A stretch of 64,000 bases of DNA, taken from NCBI GenBank assembly GCA_028826165.1, contig JAPDFW010000055.1, positions 496,001 to 560,000 of the forward strand, given 5' to 3'. Under the pieces are notes generated by a model that saw nothing but the letters and a program-made list of their open reading frames with translations, did no database searches and was not told the origin of the DNA. This document shows, one piece after another, positions 10,291 to 26,774 of this stretch. Each line of letters opens with the position of its first letter. The stretch's first letter is position 1. The position numbers were made by a program, and so were the translations under genes. The stretch is from Anaeramoeba ignava BMAN. Taxonomy: Eukaryota; Protista; Anaeramoebae.

Positions 10291-13290
10291 ATGGATTTTA
10301 TTATTAAAAAAAAACAAATTAAAACAAAATTAATTTCTTCTTTAATTAAAAGGTAACAATTTAACTTCCAAATATAAAATAAAATCATTTTATTTAAATT
10401 ATTTTAATTAAAACTATTTAAAATTTTTAATAAATTTAATTAAATTTTTATTTATTTTTTAATCATATTTAAAATAAATTTAAATAAATAATAAGTTAAT
10501 ATTTAATTTCCAAATATAAAATAAAATCATTTTATTTAAATTATTTTAATTAAAACTATTTAAAATTTTTTTATAAATTTAATTAAATTTTTATTTATTT
10601 TTAATCATATTTAAAATAAATTTAAATAAAATAATAACTTAATATTTAACTTCCAAATATAAATTAAAACCATTTTATTTAAATTATTTAAATTAAAACT
10701 ATTTTAAAATTTTTAATAAATTTAATTAAATTTTTATTTATTTTTAATCATATTTAAAATAAATTTAAATAAATAATAAGTTAACAATTAATTTATAAAT
10801 ATAAATTAAAACTATTTTATTTAAATTATTTCAATTAAAACTATTTAAAATTAATTTATAAATTTAATTAAAATTTTTATTTATTTTTAATCATATTTAA
10901 AAATAAATTTAAATAAATAATAAGTTAACAATTTAATTTATAAATATAAAATAAAAATCATTTTATTTAAATTATTTAAATTAAAACTATTTAAAATTTT
11001 ATTTATAAATTTAATTAAATTTTATTTATTTTTAATCATATTTAAAATAAATTTAAATAAATAATAAGTTAATATTTAATTTCAAAAATATAAAATAAAA
11101 TCATTTTATTTTAAATTATTTTAATTAAAACTATTTAAAAATTTTATTTATAAATTTAATTAAATTTTTATTTATTTTTAATCATATTTAAAATAAATTT
11201 AAATAAATAATAAGTTAATATTTAATTTATAAATATAAATTAAAACCATTTTATTTAAATTATTCAAATTAAAACTATTTAAAATTTTATTAATAAATTT
11301 AATTAAATTTTTATTTATTTTTAATCATATTTAAAATAAATTTAAATAAATAATAAGTTAATATTTAATTTCAAAATATAAAATAAAATCATTTTATTTA
11401 AATTATTTTAATTAAAACTATTTAAAATTAATTTATAAATTTAATTAAATTTTTTATTTATTTTTTAATCATATTTAAAATAAGTTTAAATAAATAATAA
11501 GTTAATATTTAATTTATAAATATAAAATAAAGCTATTTTATTTAAATTATTTTAATTAAAACTATTTAAAATTTAATTAATAAATTTAATTAAATTTTTT
11601 ATTTATTTTTTAATCATATTTAAAATAAATTTAAATAAATAATAAGTTAATATTTAATTTATAAATATAAAATAAAGCTATTTTATTTAAATTATTTTAA
11701 TTAAAACTATTTAAAATTTTATTAATAAATTTATTTAAATTTTTTATTTATTTTTTAATCATATTTAAAATAAGTTTAAATAAATAATAAGTTAATATTT
11801 AATTTATAAATATAAAATAAAACCATTTTATTTAAATTATTTTAATTAAAACTATTTAAAATTTTTTTATTTTTAGTTTTGCTTCAATTACTTTAAAAGG
11901 AAATTTGATTCACACAATAGGAAATCTTCCTGAAAAAAATTCAAAAGCTCCAGATTTTTCTTTAACTTCAAAAACTTTAGAAGATAAATCTCTGAGTGAT
12001 TTCAAGGATAAGAAAGTTGTTCTTAATATTTTCCCTTCATTAGATACAGAAGGTAAATTAAAAATCAAAATCAATTTTAAATCAAATCAAATTCAAAATT
12101 AAATCAATTTTAAATCAAATCAAATTAAAATCAAATCAAATCAAATCAAATCAAATCAAATCAAAATCAAATCTAAATCAAATTTAAATAAAATTAAATC
12201 AAATCAAATCAAATCAAATCAAATCAAATCAAATCAAATCAAATCAAATTTAAATAAAATTAAATCAAAATCAAAATCAAATTCAAATCAAATCAAATCA
12301 AATCAAATCAAATCAAATCAAATCAATTTTAAATCAAATCAATTCAAATCAAATCAAATCAATTTTAAATCAAAATTAAATCAAATCAAAATTAAATCAA
12401 ATCAAAATCAAATCAAATCAAATCAAATTAAATCAAATCAAATCAAATCCAAAAATTAAATCAAATTTAAATCAAATCAAATTTAAATCAAAATCAAATC
12501 AATTCTAAATCAAATCAAATCAAATCAAATCAAATCAAAATCAAATTTAAATCAAAATCGAATCAATTTTAAATCAATTCAAATCAAATCATCAATTTTA
12601 AATCAAATCAAATCAAAATTAAATCAAATCAAATTAAATCAAACAAATCAAATTAAATCAAATAAAAATCAAATCAATTTTATATCAAATCAAATTAAAT
12701 TAAATTAAATTTAAATCAAAATCAAATTTAAATCAAAATCAAATCAAATTTAAATCAATTTTAAATCAAAATCAAATCAAATCAAATCAAATTAAATTAA
12801 ATTAAATCATCAATTTTAAATCAAAATCAAATCAAATCAAATCATCAATTTTAAATCAAATTAAATCAAATTAAATCAAATCAAAATTAAATCAAATCAA
12901 ATCAAATCAATTTTAAATCAAAATCAAATCAAATCAAATCAAAATTAAATTTAAATGCAAAAAGTATGTGCAGCTTCAGTAAGAAAATTCAACAAAGAAG
13001 CTGGAAATTTAAAAGATACAGTAGTTTTATGTGTTTCACGAGATTTACCATTTGCTCAAAATAGATTTTGTGTTGCAGAAGGTTTAAATAATGTGATTAC
13101 ATTAAGTGAAATGAAAGATTCAAATTTTAGTGAAAAATATGGTGTTAAAATTACAGATGGTCCTTTAAAAGGTTTAATGAGTCGTTCTGTTGTTATTCTT
13201 GATAAAAATCATAATATCATTTATACTCAACAAGTCCCAGAAATTACTCAAGAACCAAATTACAAAAATGCATTAGATGCTTTAAAATAA
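10291..13290 (+). CDS. tpx: Thiol peroxidase (Tpx-type atypical 2-Cys peroxiredoxin), 3 exons: 10291-10352, 11877-12052, 12965-13290
   Basis: Spliced product contains [17 protein letters not shown] (PxxxTxxC), [20 protein letters not shown]; both introns are GT-AG and in phase. Confidence 0.9.
10353..11876 (+). repeat. Intron 1 of tpx, made of about eleven ~140-bp AT-rich tandem units
   Basis: Unit gttaatatttaattt..aaatataaaataaaatcattttatttaaatt..taatcatatttaaaataaatttaaataaataataa is repeated. Confidence 0.9.
12053..12964 (+). repeat. Intron 2 of tpx, (AAATC)n microsatellite
   Basis: GTAAAT..AAAAAG boundaries; pentamer repeats. Confidence 0.9.
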
Positions 13291-13299
13291 TTGAAATCA

Positions 13300-13915
13300 A
13301 ATTCAATTTTAAATCAACTTTAAATCAAATTTAAATCAAATTTTAAATCAATTTTATATTAATTTTATATTAATTTTATATCAATTTTAAATCAATTTTA
13401 AATCAATTTTATATCAATTTTAAATTAATTTTAAATCAATTTTAAATCAATTTTAAATCAATTTTAAATCAATTTTAAATCAATTTTAAATCAATTTTAA
13501 ATCAATTTTATATCAATTTTAAATCAATTTTAAATCAATTTTATATCAATTTTAAATCAATTTTATATTAATTTTATATCAATTTTAAATCAATTTTATA
13601 TCAATTTTAAATCAATTTTAAATCAAATTTATATCAATTTTAAATCAATTTTAAATCAATTTTAAATCAATTTTAAATCAATTTTAAATCAATTTTATAT
13701 CAATTTTATATCAATTTTATATCAATTTTAAATCAATTTTATATCAATTTTATATTAACTTTAAATCAATTTTAAATCAATTTTATATCAATTTTAAATC
13801 AATTTTATATCAATTTTAAATCAATTTTATATCAACTTTAAATCAATTTTAAATCAATTTTATATCAATTTTAAATCAATTTTAAATTAATTTTAAATTA
13901 ATTTTATATCAATTT
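13300..13915. repeat. 12-bp satellite (AAATCAATTTTA)n
   Basis: Directly visible downstream of the tpx stop. Confidence 0.9.
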
Positions 13916-14652
13916 AATTCAAAATTTAAATCAAATAAAAAAACAAAAGAAAAAATTTTTTTTTTCGATTTTTTTTTTCATTTTTTTTCTTTCATTTTTT
14001 TTTTCCTTTTGTAAGTAAGATTAATTGAATTAACTTTTAAAAATTGAGATTTATTCGAATAGTTAAAAAATTTGTCTTTTTCCTTTAAGTTTTTTTTTTT
14101 CAAATTTTCAATAATTTTTTGATTTCTCTTTTTAAAAATAAGAGAAAAGAAAGTTAAAATAGAAAGAGATTTTTTATTCAGGGTTTTATTTCATTTTCAG
14201 AATCAAATCAAATCCAATTCAAATTAAAAAGAATAGAAGAAAGAAATTAACGGAAAATTGAAGAAAATTTTTTTTTCTTTTTTTTTTTAATTTTCAAAAT
14301 TCTATTAAAAGGAAAATAGAATTTTGAAACAAATATCGAAAGAACAAAGGAAAAATTTAAAATTAAAATTAAAAATCAAAAACGGAAAAAAAAAAGGAAA
14401 TGATTTAATTCGAAAAAGAAATTGAATCATGAAACAAATATCGAAAGAACAAAGGAAAAAAGAAATGAAAGAAAAAAACCAATTAAATTTTAAATTAAAT
14501 TTTTAATCAAATTTTAATCAATTTTTAAATCAATTTTTTAATCAATTTTTTTAATCAAATTTTTAAATCAATTTTAAATTAAATTTTTAATCAATTTTTT
14601 AATCAATTTTTAAATCAATTTTTAAATCAATTTTTAAATCAATTTTTTATTT

Positions 14653-15429
14653 TTAAAGATAAAATCCTTGTTTGAAAATTTTTGTTATAATTGTTATTAA
14701 AATATTAAAAGAAGCAATTAAATTAATTTCTTCATTTATTTTTCTTGAATCTAAACATATTCTAAGTAAATCTCTAAAATTAGAACAAGTATCAGGTTCA
14801 AGTGGTAAATCAATTGTAGCAAATAATGCAAAAATCCAAGGAGATAAAATATCAATTATTAATTTTATATTTTCTTCTTTATTTTCTTTATTTTTTTTTA
14901 TCAATTTTGTTGTTTTTGAAAATTTGTTAATCAATAATTTTAATAATCTAGTTATAATAACATGATCGAATTGTTGTAATATTTGGATTTGAGGAGGTGT
15001 TGATTTGAGAAATTCAAGCCATTCTTGGGTTTTGAGTTTAGTGGGGATTTGTACAATTGAATTTTGTTGAGAATTTTGAATTTGATTTTGAAGAAAATTA
15101 AAATTTAAAGTCAAATTTTCTTCCCATTTTTTTGAAGGAATTTTAAAAGAATCATCAGGTTTTAGATCATCAATTTTATTTGAATTAATATGTTCTTTGT
15201 TTTTTCTTGTTCTTTTATTATCATCAATTTTATTATCATTGTTTTTTTGTCTTTTTTTTTGTGAACGATTTGGATCTAAATTATATGGATTTTGAAGAAT
15301 ATTTGGTAAACGATTTGCTTCATTTCTTACTGATATTAAATATTCCTCAGCATTTATTGGGATAGAATTTGAGATTATTGAATTTGAAATTGAAGGAATA
15401 AAGAAAGGAATAGTTTCTTTTGGATTCAT
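14653..15429 (-). CDS. GEMIN2: Gemin2/SIP1 (SMN complex)
   Basis: AEEYLISVRNEA; WIFALFATIDLPLEPDTCSNFRDLLRIC; NILITII..F.Q. Confidence 0.85.
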   Translation of the reverse strand: MNPKETIPFFIPSISNSIISNSIPINAEEYLISVRNEANRLPNILQNPYNLDPNRSQKKRQKNNDNKIDDNKRTRKNKEHINSNKIDDLKPDDSFKIPSKKWEENLTLNFNFLQNQIQNSQQNSIVQIPTKLKTQEWLEFLKSTPPQIQILQQFDHVIITRLLKLLINKFSKTTKLIKKNKENKEENIKLIIDILSPWIFALFATIDLPLEPDTCSNFRDLLRICLDSRKINEEINLIASFNILITIITKIFKQGFYL

Positions 15430-15509
15430 TTTAAAAAAAAATAAATTAAAAAAAATAAAAATTCATTTTTCATTTTTTCATTTTTTTCCTTTCTTTTCTT
15501 TCTAAAATA

Positions 15510-18796
<3,287 letters not shown>

Positions 18797-18912
18797 AAAT
18801 TTAATTTAATTTAAGAAAAAAAAAAAAAAGAAAAAGTGGAATTTTGACATTTTTTTTTCTGATTAATTCAAAAATTTTTTTTTCATTTTTTTTTTCATTT
18901 TTTTTTTTAAAA

Positions 18913-21900
18913 ATGTCAGATTTAAACGAAGAAAAAGTAAATAAAAATTTTTTTAAATTAAATTAATTAAAATTTTTAATTAAAATTTTTTTATTATTCA
19001 TTTTATTTAGAAACTTCTTAAAAAAATTAATAAAATTCTTTCTAAAAAGAATTTAAAAATTAAAAGTATTGAAAAAGGATGTGCAAATGGAGTTTGTTTT
19101 ATTATTCTTTTACAAGAAATTACAAAGAAAAAATTTGATTTTTTTTCAAAACCAAAAAGTATTGAAGAAAAAACGTTTAATTTTCAAATAATCTTAAATT
19201 TTTTTCAAACACATGGTTTTAAAAATCTTTGCAAAATTGAAAGTAGATTATTTTTAATTTAAAAAAATTATTTTTTTTTTGAAATTAAAAACAAATATTT
19301 AATTAAAAAATAATTTTTTTTTTAATTTTGATTTAGATTTATTAAAAGGAGAAAAAAAATATCAAATGGAAATTCTTAATCTAATTTTAAATCAAAAGAA
19401 TTTACCACAAAGAAGACATACAATTCAACTTGAAAGATTTATATCAACAGAAAATTTAAATGAAAATCAAAATCAAAAATTAAATAAAAATCAAAATGAA
19501 AATTTAAATAAAAATGAAAATCAAAATTTAAATAAAAATCAAAATCAAAATCAAAATGAAAACGAAATTCATGTTACAAGAACTGTATCAACAAGTGTAA
19601 TCACAAAATTAAATAGAGATGAAAAAATCAAATTAAGTCAAAGAAGAAGAATAAATCAACCAAATTTAATTAATAAAGTGGAAAAATTAAATCAAGGAGA
19701 AGAAATGAATAAATCAAAGGAATTTAGTGATTTAAAAGAATTAAATCAATCATCAAAATCAAGAAGATCACACAAATCACATCGATCATTTGATTCCGAT
19801 CAAAATACAAAGAAAAATACAAAGAAAAATACAAAGAAAAATACAAAGAAAAATACAAAGAAAAATACAAAGAAAAATACAAAGAAAAATTCAATGGAAA
19901 TTCAAATTGAAAATCAAATTGAAAATCAAAATGAAAATCAAAATCAAATTCAAAATTCATTTGATAAGCGCCATTCAATAATCAATGAAATTTATGAAAC
20001 TGAAGAATCATATGTTTCAAATCTTAACAAACTTATCAAATACTATTTAGAACCAATGAACAAACTTTTGAATCCAGATCAAATCAAAATTGTTTTTTCT
20101 CAAATTGAAACAATCGCAAGAACAAATACATTTTTTCTGAAGAGAATCCAAGAACGTTGGGAAAAATGGGATAAAAACTCTTTAATTGGAGATATTTTTC
20201 AAGAAATGGCAACTTTTCTTAAATCATACAACCAATATATTGCGGATTTTAATGTTGGAATGAAAACACTTTCTGATCTAAAAACAAAAAAGGAAATTTC
20301 ATCATTTCTTGAGAAACAGACAAAAATCCCAGAATTGAACAAATTGGATATCAGCTCATTATTAATTATGCCGATTCAAAGAATTCCGCAATATGTTTTA
20401 TTGTTGGATGAGCTTCTAAAACACACAGATAAAAACCATGAAGATTATCCAAAGTTGACAAAAGCAAGTGAAGAAATGAAAAAAATAGGATCATTTGTCA
20501 ATGAATCAAAACGCGAATATGAAAATATGATCCAAGTTTATAAAATCAAGGATAAAATTTCAGGAATTGATGATATTTGCATTCCAAGTCGTCGATTTGT
20601 TAAGGAAATTATGATTCCAATTATTTGGAAAAATCGGAAATATAAAGGAAATGTTTTTATTTTTAATGACTTACTAATTGCCGGTAAAGCTTCAGGTTCG
20701 AAAGCTATTTATTTAACTCAATTTTCTTTGGATGCTTCAATTGAAATCAAAATTGCGAAAGAATTGCCCAATTTAAAATCTAAAAAGGTCTTTCCCGAAA
20801 CCGCAATTCCTGTTGAAATGATCAATACGAATAATAAGGAAGATAAATTGATATTTATCACCCAAAATGAAAAGGAATATGTTCAATTTATTCATTTGGT
20901 TGATCATCATATTTATTTAAATCTTCAGGATTCAATTGAGATTTCCAAGTATAAAGAAGAAAATAAAGAAAAAATGGAAAATTTGGAAAAATTAGAGAAA
21001 TTAAAACATCCGCCTTTTAAAAATGTTTTTATTTATATTGACAAAGAGAAAGACAAACGAAAATTCAGATATTTAGAAATTGGATATGAATATATTTCAG
21101 TTTCTCGATTGGCTGGTGATTCCAATAAGAAAAATAAGAATAAAAATAAGAAAAAGGATCAAGAATCAGTAAAAATTATTTGGAAAAAAAAAAAAAGTAA
21201 TCAAAATTTATTTATAAAAAATTTATCCATTTTAGAAAAAGGAAGATTCTGCAATGTTAATAATTAATTGTAATATGGAACTAGATCATGAAATATCTGG
21301 AATCAAACTAAAAACACCAACGAAAGAATTTCTATTAACAAGAAGAAATATCAATGATGCACTTCAAACAGTGAATTTTTTCCGAATTAGTCTTTTTAAT
21401 TTAATTAGTAATGAAAGAAGTGTTTTAACAGGATTAAGTTATGGAGAAGTTTATAATCTTGATTTGAAAATGAACAATTTTGTCAGTTTGCATAATCAAA
21501 AATGTTTTGATTGCGATGGAAGAGAAATTCGATTTGCAAGTTTATTTTTAGGAGTTTTTCTTTGTTTTGAATGTGCAAGAAATCATTTAAAAAATGGAGA
21601 GTATTCAAATATTAAACCGATTGCAAGTTTAAATCAAGAAGAATTTAAATTTATTGATTCATTTAGTAATTCAAAAAAGAAATCTTGTTGGGAATCTAAT
21701 CTTGTGAGTGGAAAACCTGATAGTTCTTCTTCTAGAGAAAAAAGAAAGCAATATTTTCAAAGCAAGTATATTCACAAACTCTATTATTCTTCTCCTTCGG
21801 TTTCAAATTCAAAGAAAGATGAAGAAATTTCTTTTGATTCTGGTAATTTTGATTTTGATGATCTTGATTTAAAAAATACTTCTATTAAACAAGAATTATC

Positions 21901-21955
21901 TTTTGATGATTTTGAAGAATTTGATTTTGAAGAATTTGAAAAGAAGGATTTATAA
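18913..21955 (+). CDS. CH-like + DH (RhoGEF)-PH + C-terminal ArfGAP-like zinc finger protein
   Basis: 5' exons give IKSIEKGCANGVCFIILLQEIT..NLLKGEKKYQMEILNLI (CH-like). DH: IINEIYETEESYVSNL..LLIMPIQRIPQYVLLL. Probable intron 21169-21235 joins to NQKCFDC-x16-CFECARNH (ArfGAP). Confidence 0.8.
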
Positions 21956-22590
21956 TTAAATTTATCAAAAAATTTATAAAGGATTTATAATTAAATTTAT
22001 CAAAAAATTTATAAAGGAATTTGAAAGGAAATTTAAAAGAAAATTTATAATTAAATTTAAAATTTATAATCAAATTTATAATCAAATTTATAATTAAATT
22101 TATAATTAAATTTATAATTAAATTTATAATTAAATTTATAATTAAATTTATAATTAAATTTATAATTAAATTTATAACAAAATTTATAACAAAATTTATA
22201 ATCAAATTTATAATTAAATTTATAATCAAATTTATAAATAAATTTATAATCAAATTTATAATGAAATTTATAATTAAATTTATAATTATATTTATAATTA
22301 AATTTATAATTAAATTTATAATTATATTTATAATTAAATTTATAATTAAATTTATAATTAAATTTATAATTAAATTTATAATTAAATTTATAATTAAATT
22401 TATAATTAAATTTATAATTAAATTTATAATTAAATTTATAATCAAATTTATAATTAAATTTATAATCAAATTTATAATTAAATTTATAATTAAATTTATA
22501 ATTAAATTTATAATCAAAATTCAAATCAAAATTCAAATCAAAATTTATAATCAATTTTATAATTAAATTTATAATTAAATTTATAATCAA
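21956..22590. repeat. 12-bp satellite (AAATTTATAATT)n
   Basis: Directly visible. Confidence 0.92.
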
Positions 22591-22739
22591 TTTTAGAAAG
22601 GAATTTGAAAGGAATTTAAAACAGAATTTTATGTAGAATATTTTTTTCAAATTCAAAAATAAAAATTTTTTCAAATAATTTTTTTTCATTTTTTTTCTTT
22701 TCCAAATAAAAAATAAAATTAAAAAAACATAAAAAAAAA

Positions 22740-23859
22740 ATGCATACATTTTTTCAAAGAATTCATCAATTTCTTGGATTTCTTTTATCAACAACAATTT
22801 TTATAATTATTGTTAATTCAATTAGTGGACTTTATCTTGATGATTCTGAACCAGAAATTTCAATTCAATTAAACAAAATTCATGAATTGTAATTTTTCAA
22901 TTTAATTTAATTTATTTTTTCAATTTAATTTTTCAATTTAATTTTTCAATTTAATTTAATAATTTATTAGTAAAAATAATGCAAGAACTGATAGAGCTGT
23001 TATTGGTTTTGATTTACATGCTGGTATTTTTTTATTTAATTTTTATTTAATTTTTTTTTTAATTTTTTTATTTAATTTTTATTTTTTTTTAAAAGATTTT
23101 ACTTCAACTTTTAATTGGAATGTTAAACAAATATTTGTTTTTGTTACAGCTGAATATCAACCTGAAGGGAGAGTGTGTTAATTATTTTAAAAGGACTTAT
23201 TTTATTATCAAAATTAAAATTAAATTTAAATTAATATTATAATTAATATTAAAATCAAAATTAAAATTAAAATTTAAATTATAATTATAATTTGAAATTA
23301 AAATTTAAAATTAAAATTAAAATCAAAATTAAAATCAAAATTTAAAATTAAAATCAAAATTAATATTAAAAATTAAAATTAAAATTAATATTAAAATTAA
23401 AATTAAAATAATTAAAATTAAAATTAAAATTAAAATTAAAATTAAAATTAAAATTCAAATTATAATTAAAAATTCAAATTAAAATTAAAATCAAAATTAA
23501 AATTAAAATTAAAATTAAAATAAAAATTAAAATTAAAATTTAAAATTAAAATTAAAATTAAAATTAAAATTCAAATTAATATTAAAATTAAATTTGAAAT
23601 TAATATTAAAATTAATATTAAAAATTAAAAAAAGGGAAAAAGTGAAGTTGTAATTTGGGATCATATTATTAGATCAAAAGAAGAAGCAGTTCTTGATCTT
23701 GTTGATCAAAAAAACAAATATGTTTTAGTTGATTATGAAAATGATTTAAGAGGACAAATAATTAATTTAACTGTTAATTGGGATGTTATGCCTTTAAATG
23801 GATTTCTTCGATTAAAAAAACATGGAAAAACTCAATTTACTTTACCAGAAAAAATTTAA
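22740..23859 (+). CDS. SPCS3: Signal peptidase complex subunit 3 (SPC22/23), 4 exons
   Basis: Not in the ORF track. MHTFFQR..; FDLHADFTSTFNWNVKQIFVFVTAEY; EVVIWDHII; KNKY; WDVMP. Introns 22889-22970, 23024-23095, 23173-23634. Confidence 0.9.
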
Positions 23860-23992
23860 TAAATCCTTTTAAAAAGAAGAAGAAAAAAGAAAGTTAATTT
23901 TTTTAATAAGAATAATCAATGGTTTAAAATAAATAAAGAAAAAATATCAAATTAAATTTTTTTGTTCCACTTTTTTTATTTTTATTTATTTT

Positions 23993-25797
23993 TTATTTTA
24001 AACTAGAAAACATTGAAAATTCAACAGAATTAAATTCAGGAAGTTGAAGAGTAGAAATTTTTGGTTTATTTTCTCCATAAATTTTTATTTGTCTTAAATG
24101 AGTATCTTTACCTCCCAATTTATTTTTAAAAATTCCAATTTGAATAAAATTAGTTCTTAAAGGTGAATTAATAGTATTAGGATGTTTAAGATCCCAAGAA
24201 CACCAACCTTTAGGATTTTTCAAGTGAATTTTAAGAATTTCCTAAAAAAAGAAAAGAAATAATATTTAATTTAATATTCAATTCAATTCAATTCAATTCA
24301 ATTTAATTCTATATTTAATATTCAATTCAATTCAATTCAATTCAATTTAATTCGATTCAATATTTAATATTCAATTCAATATTTAATATTCAATTTAATA
24401 TTTAGATTTTATATTTAATATTCAATTCAATTCAATTCAATATTTAATTCAATTCAATTCAATTCAATTCAATTCAATATTTAATTCAATTCAATTCAAT
24501 TCAATTCAATTCAATATTTAATTCAATTCAATTCAATTCAATTCAATTCAATTCAATATTTAATTCAATTCAATTCAATTCAATTCAATTCAATATTTAA
24601 TTCAATTCAATTCAATATTTAATTCAATTCAATTCAATATTCAATTCAATTTAATATTTAATATTTAATATTCAATTCAATTCAATTCAATATTTAATAT
24701 TTAATATTCAATTCAATTCAATTCAATATTTAATTCAATTCAATTCAATTCAATTCAATTCAATTCAATATTTAATATTTATTCAATTCAATTTATTTAA
24801 TATTTAATTTAATTCAATTCCAATATTTAATTCAATTCAATTCAATATTTAATTCAATTCAATTCAATTCCAATTTCAATATTTAATTTAATTCCAATTC
24901 AATATTTAATATTCAATTCAATTCAATATTTATTCAATTCAATTCCAATTTCCAATTCAATATCCAATATTTATTTAATTCAATTCCAATTCAATTCAAT
25001 TATTCAATATTTAATATTTAATTTAATTCCAATTCAATATTTAATATTCAATTTAATTCAATTCAATTCCAATTTAATTCAATATTTAATATTCAATTTT
25101 AATCCAATATTTAATATTCAATTCAATATTCAATATTTAATTTAATATTCAATTCAATTCAATATTTAATTCAATTCAATATTAAATATTCAATTCAATA
25201 TTTAATATTCAATTCAATACTTAATATTCAATTCAATTCAATATTTAATTCAATTCAATTCAATTCAATTCAATTCAATTCAATATTTAATTCAATTCAA
25301 TTCAATTTAATTCAATTCAATTTAATTCAATTCAATTCAATATTTAATATTCAATTTAATTCAATATTTAATTCAATATTTAATATTTAATTTAATATTC
25401 AATATTTATTTAAATTTTATATTTAAATTCAATATCCAAAATTTATTTCTTGAATAAATAGAAAATATCCCTAAAATAAACACACTTTCAAATCATGATG
25501 AAAAGTCCCAGAATAAATAGCTAGTGAAACAGGTGTATAACTCTCATCCAAAGTGTAATCAATATAAATAGAAATTCGAGAAGCGGAAATTTTATGATCG
25601 AATTGAATATTAACATAATGAGGCTGTTTTCCATCAGATTGCCAAAACGTTTCGGCATCTCCATCTCTTAACTGTTCCACTCCATGTCCTGGTTTTGCTG
25701 AAGACAATGACCAAACTGCTTGATCGCCAATCTCAATAAGATGTCTTTCTTCCTTCTCTTTTAAAGAATCTTCTGATTCATTAAATAAAGAAATCAT
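23993..25797 (-). CDS. ANAPC10: Anaphase-promoting complex subunit 10 (DOC1), 2 exons with a (TTGAA)n-filled intron
   Basis: EIGDQAVWSLSSAKPGHGV..TFWQSDGKQPH..DESYTP; GGKDTHLRQIKIYG. Confidence 0.92.
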
Positions 25798-25985
25798 ATT
25801 GGAAACAAGGAGAAGAGAAAAAATATAAAGGAGAAAATGAAGAAAATGAAGGAAAAAAAATGAAAAAGAAAGAGAAGAAAAAAATAAAAAGAAAAATTAT
25901 TACTAATGATTATGAAAAATTATTAATTTTTATTTATTTTTTTTAAATTTATTTTTTTCATTTTTTTTCTTGTTTAAATTATTAA

Positions 25986-26750
25986 ATGTTAAAAAATTTG
26001 CAGAAATCTAGATTCCTTAAACCATATTATGTATTAAACACAATTATAATCCTGTCATATTTAATCGTAAGAAAGATATTTGTATGCGATGAACTTGAGA
26101 AGAATCGAAGCATTGAAAAACACATTCTATTTAGCTTTTTAATATTTCTATTCGCAAAATATTTGAATGCAGCAAACATGGACAGTTTTTTATCGACCAG
26201 TTTTTTAGCAGGAAAGATAATAGTGCTTATTTTAACTTTTATTTGTGGATATTTTTTAACGGTTTTTTATTTGTTAATTTTTTTGCTATTTGCTGCCTTT
26301 TTACATCAACCTGAATATGAAGGGAAACAACGTATCCAACATCTTACGAAATCAACGTTTGATTCCCTGCTAAGTTCTAGTGAGAAGCCATTGCTTGTGG
26401 AGTTCTATGCGACTTGGGCTTCTCGATGCAAAGCGTTATCATCAATTTTTGCCCAATTGAGTTTGCAGTTTCCTGGTATAAATTTTGCAAAGATTGATGT
26501 TTCTTTCAACAAGGTATTAACTCGGCAGTTTGATATTTCTGATAGTTCTTTGGCTGATAAGCTTCCTACTTTTATTTTGTTTGTTGATAAAAAAGAAGTC
26601 AAAAGAATTCCTAATTTCAATCAAAAAGCAAAAGATTGTAATTTTAAACCAAAGTTTTTGATTAAATTTTTTGATTTGGATAATTTGTCAAGAAAATTTA
26701 ATGTTGAAGAAGATATAAAAATCAAAGAACAAAATAAAAAAGAAGATTAA
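25986..26750 (+). CDS. TMX2-like thioredoxin-related transmembrane protein
   Basis: N-terminal TM helices, QPEYEG, VEFYATWASRC (only the second Cys), FAKIDV, LPTFILF. Confidence 0.8.
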   Translation: MLKNLQKSRFLKPYYVLNTIIILSYLIVRKIFVCDELEKNRSIEKHILFSFLIFLFAKYLNAANMDSFLSTSFLAGKIIVLILTFICGYFLTVFYLLIFLLFAAFLHQPEYEGKQRIQHLTKSTFDSLLSSSEKPLLVEFYATWASRCKALSSIFAQLSLQFPGINFAKIDVSFNKVLTRQFDISDSSLADKLPTFILFVDKKEVKRIPNFNQKAKDCNFKPKFLIKFFDLDNLSRKFNVEEDIKIKEQNKKED

Positions 26751-26774
26751 AAGAATTTACAAGGAATTTTAACA

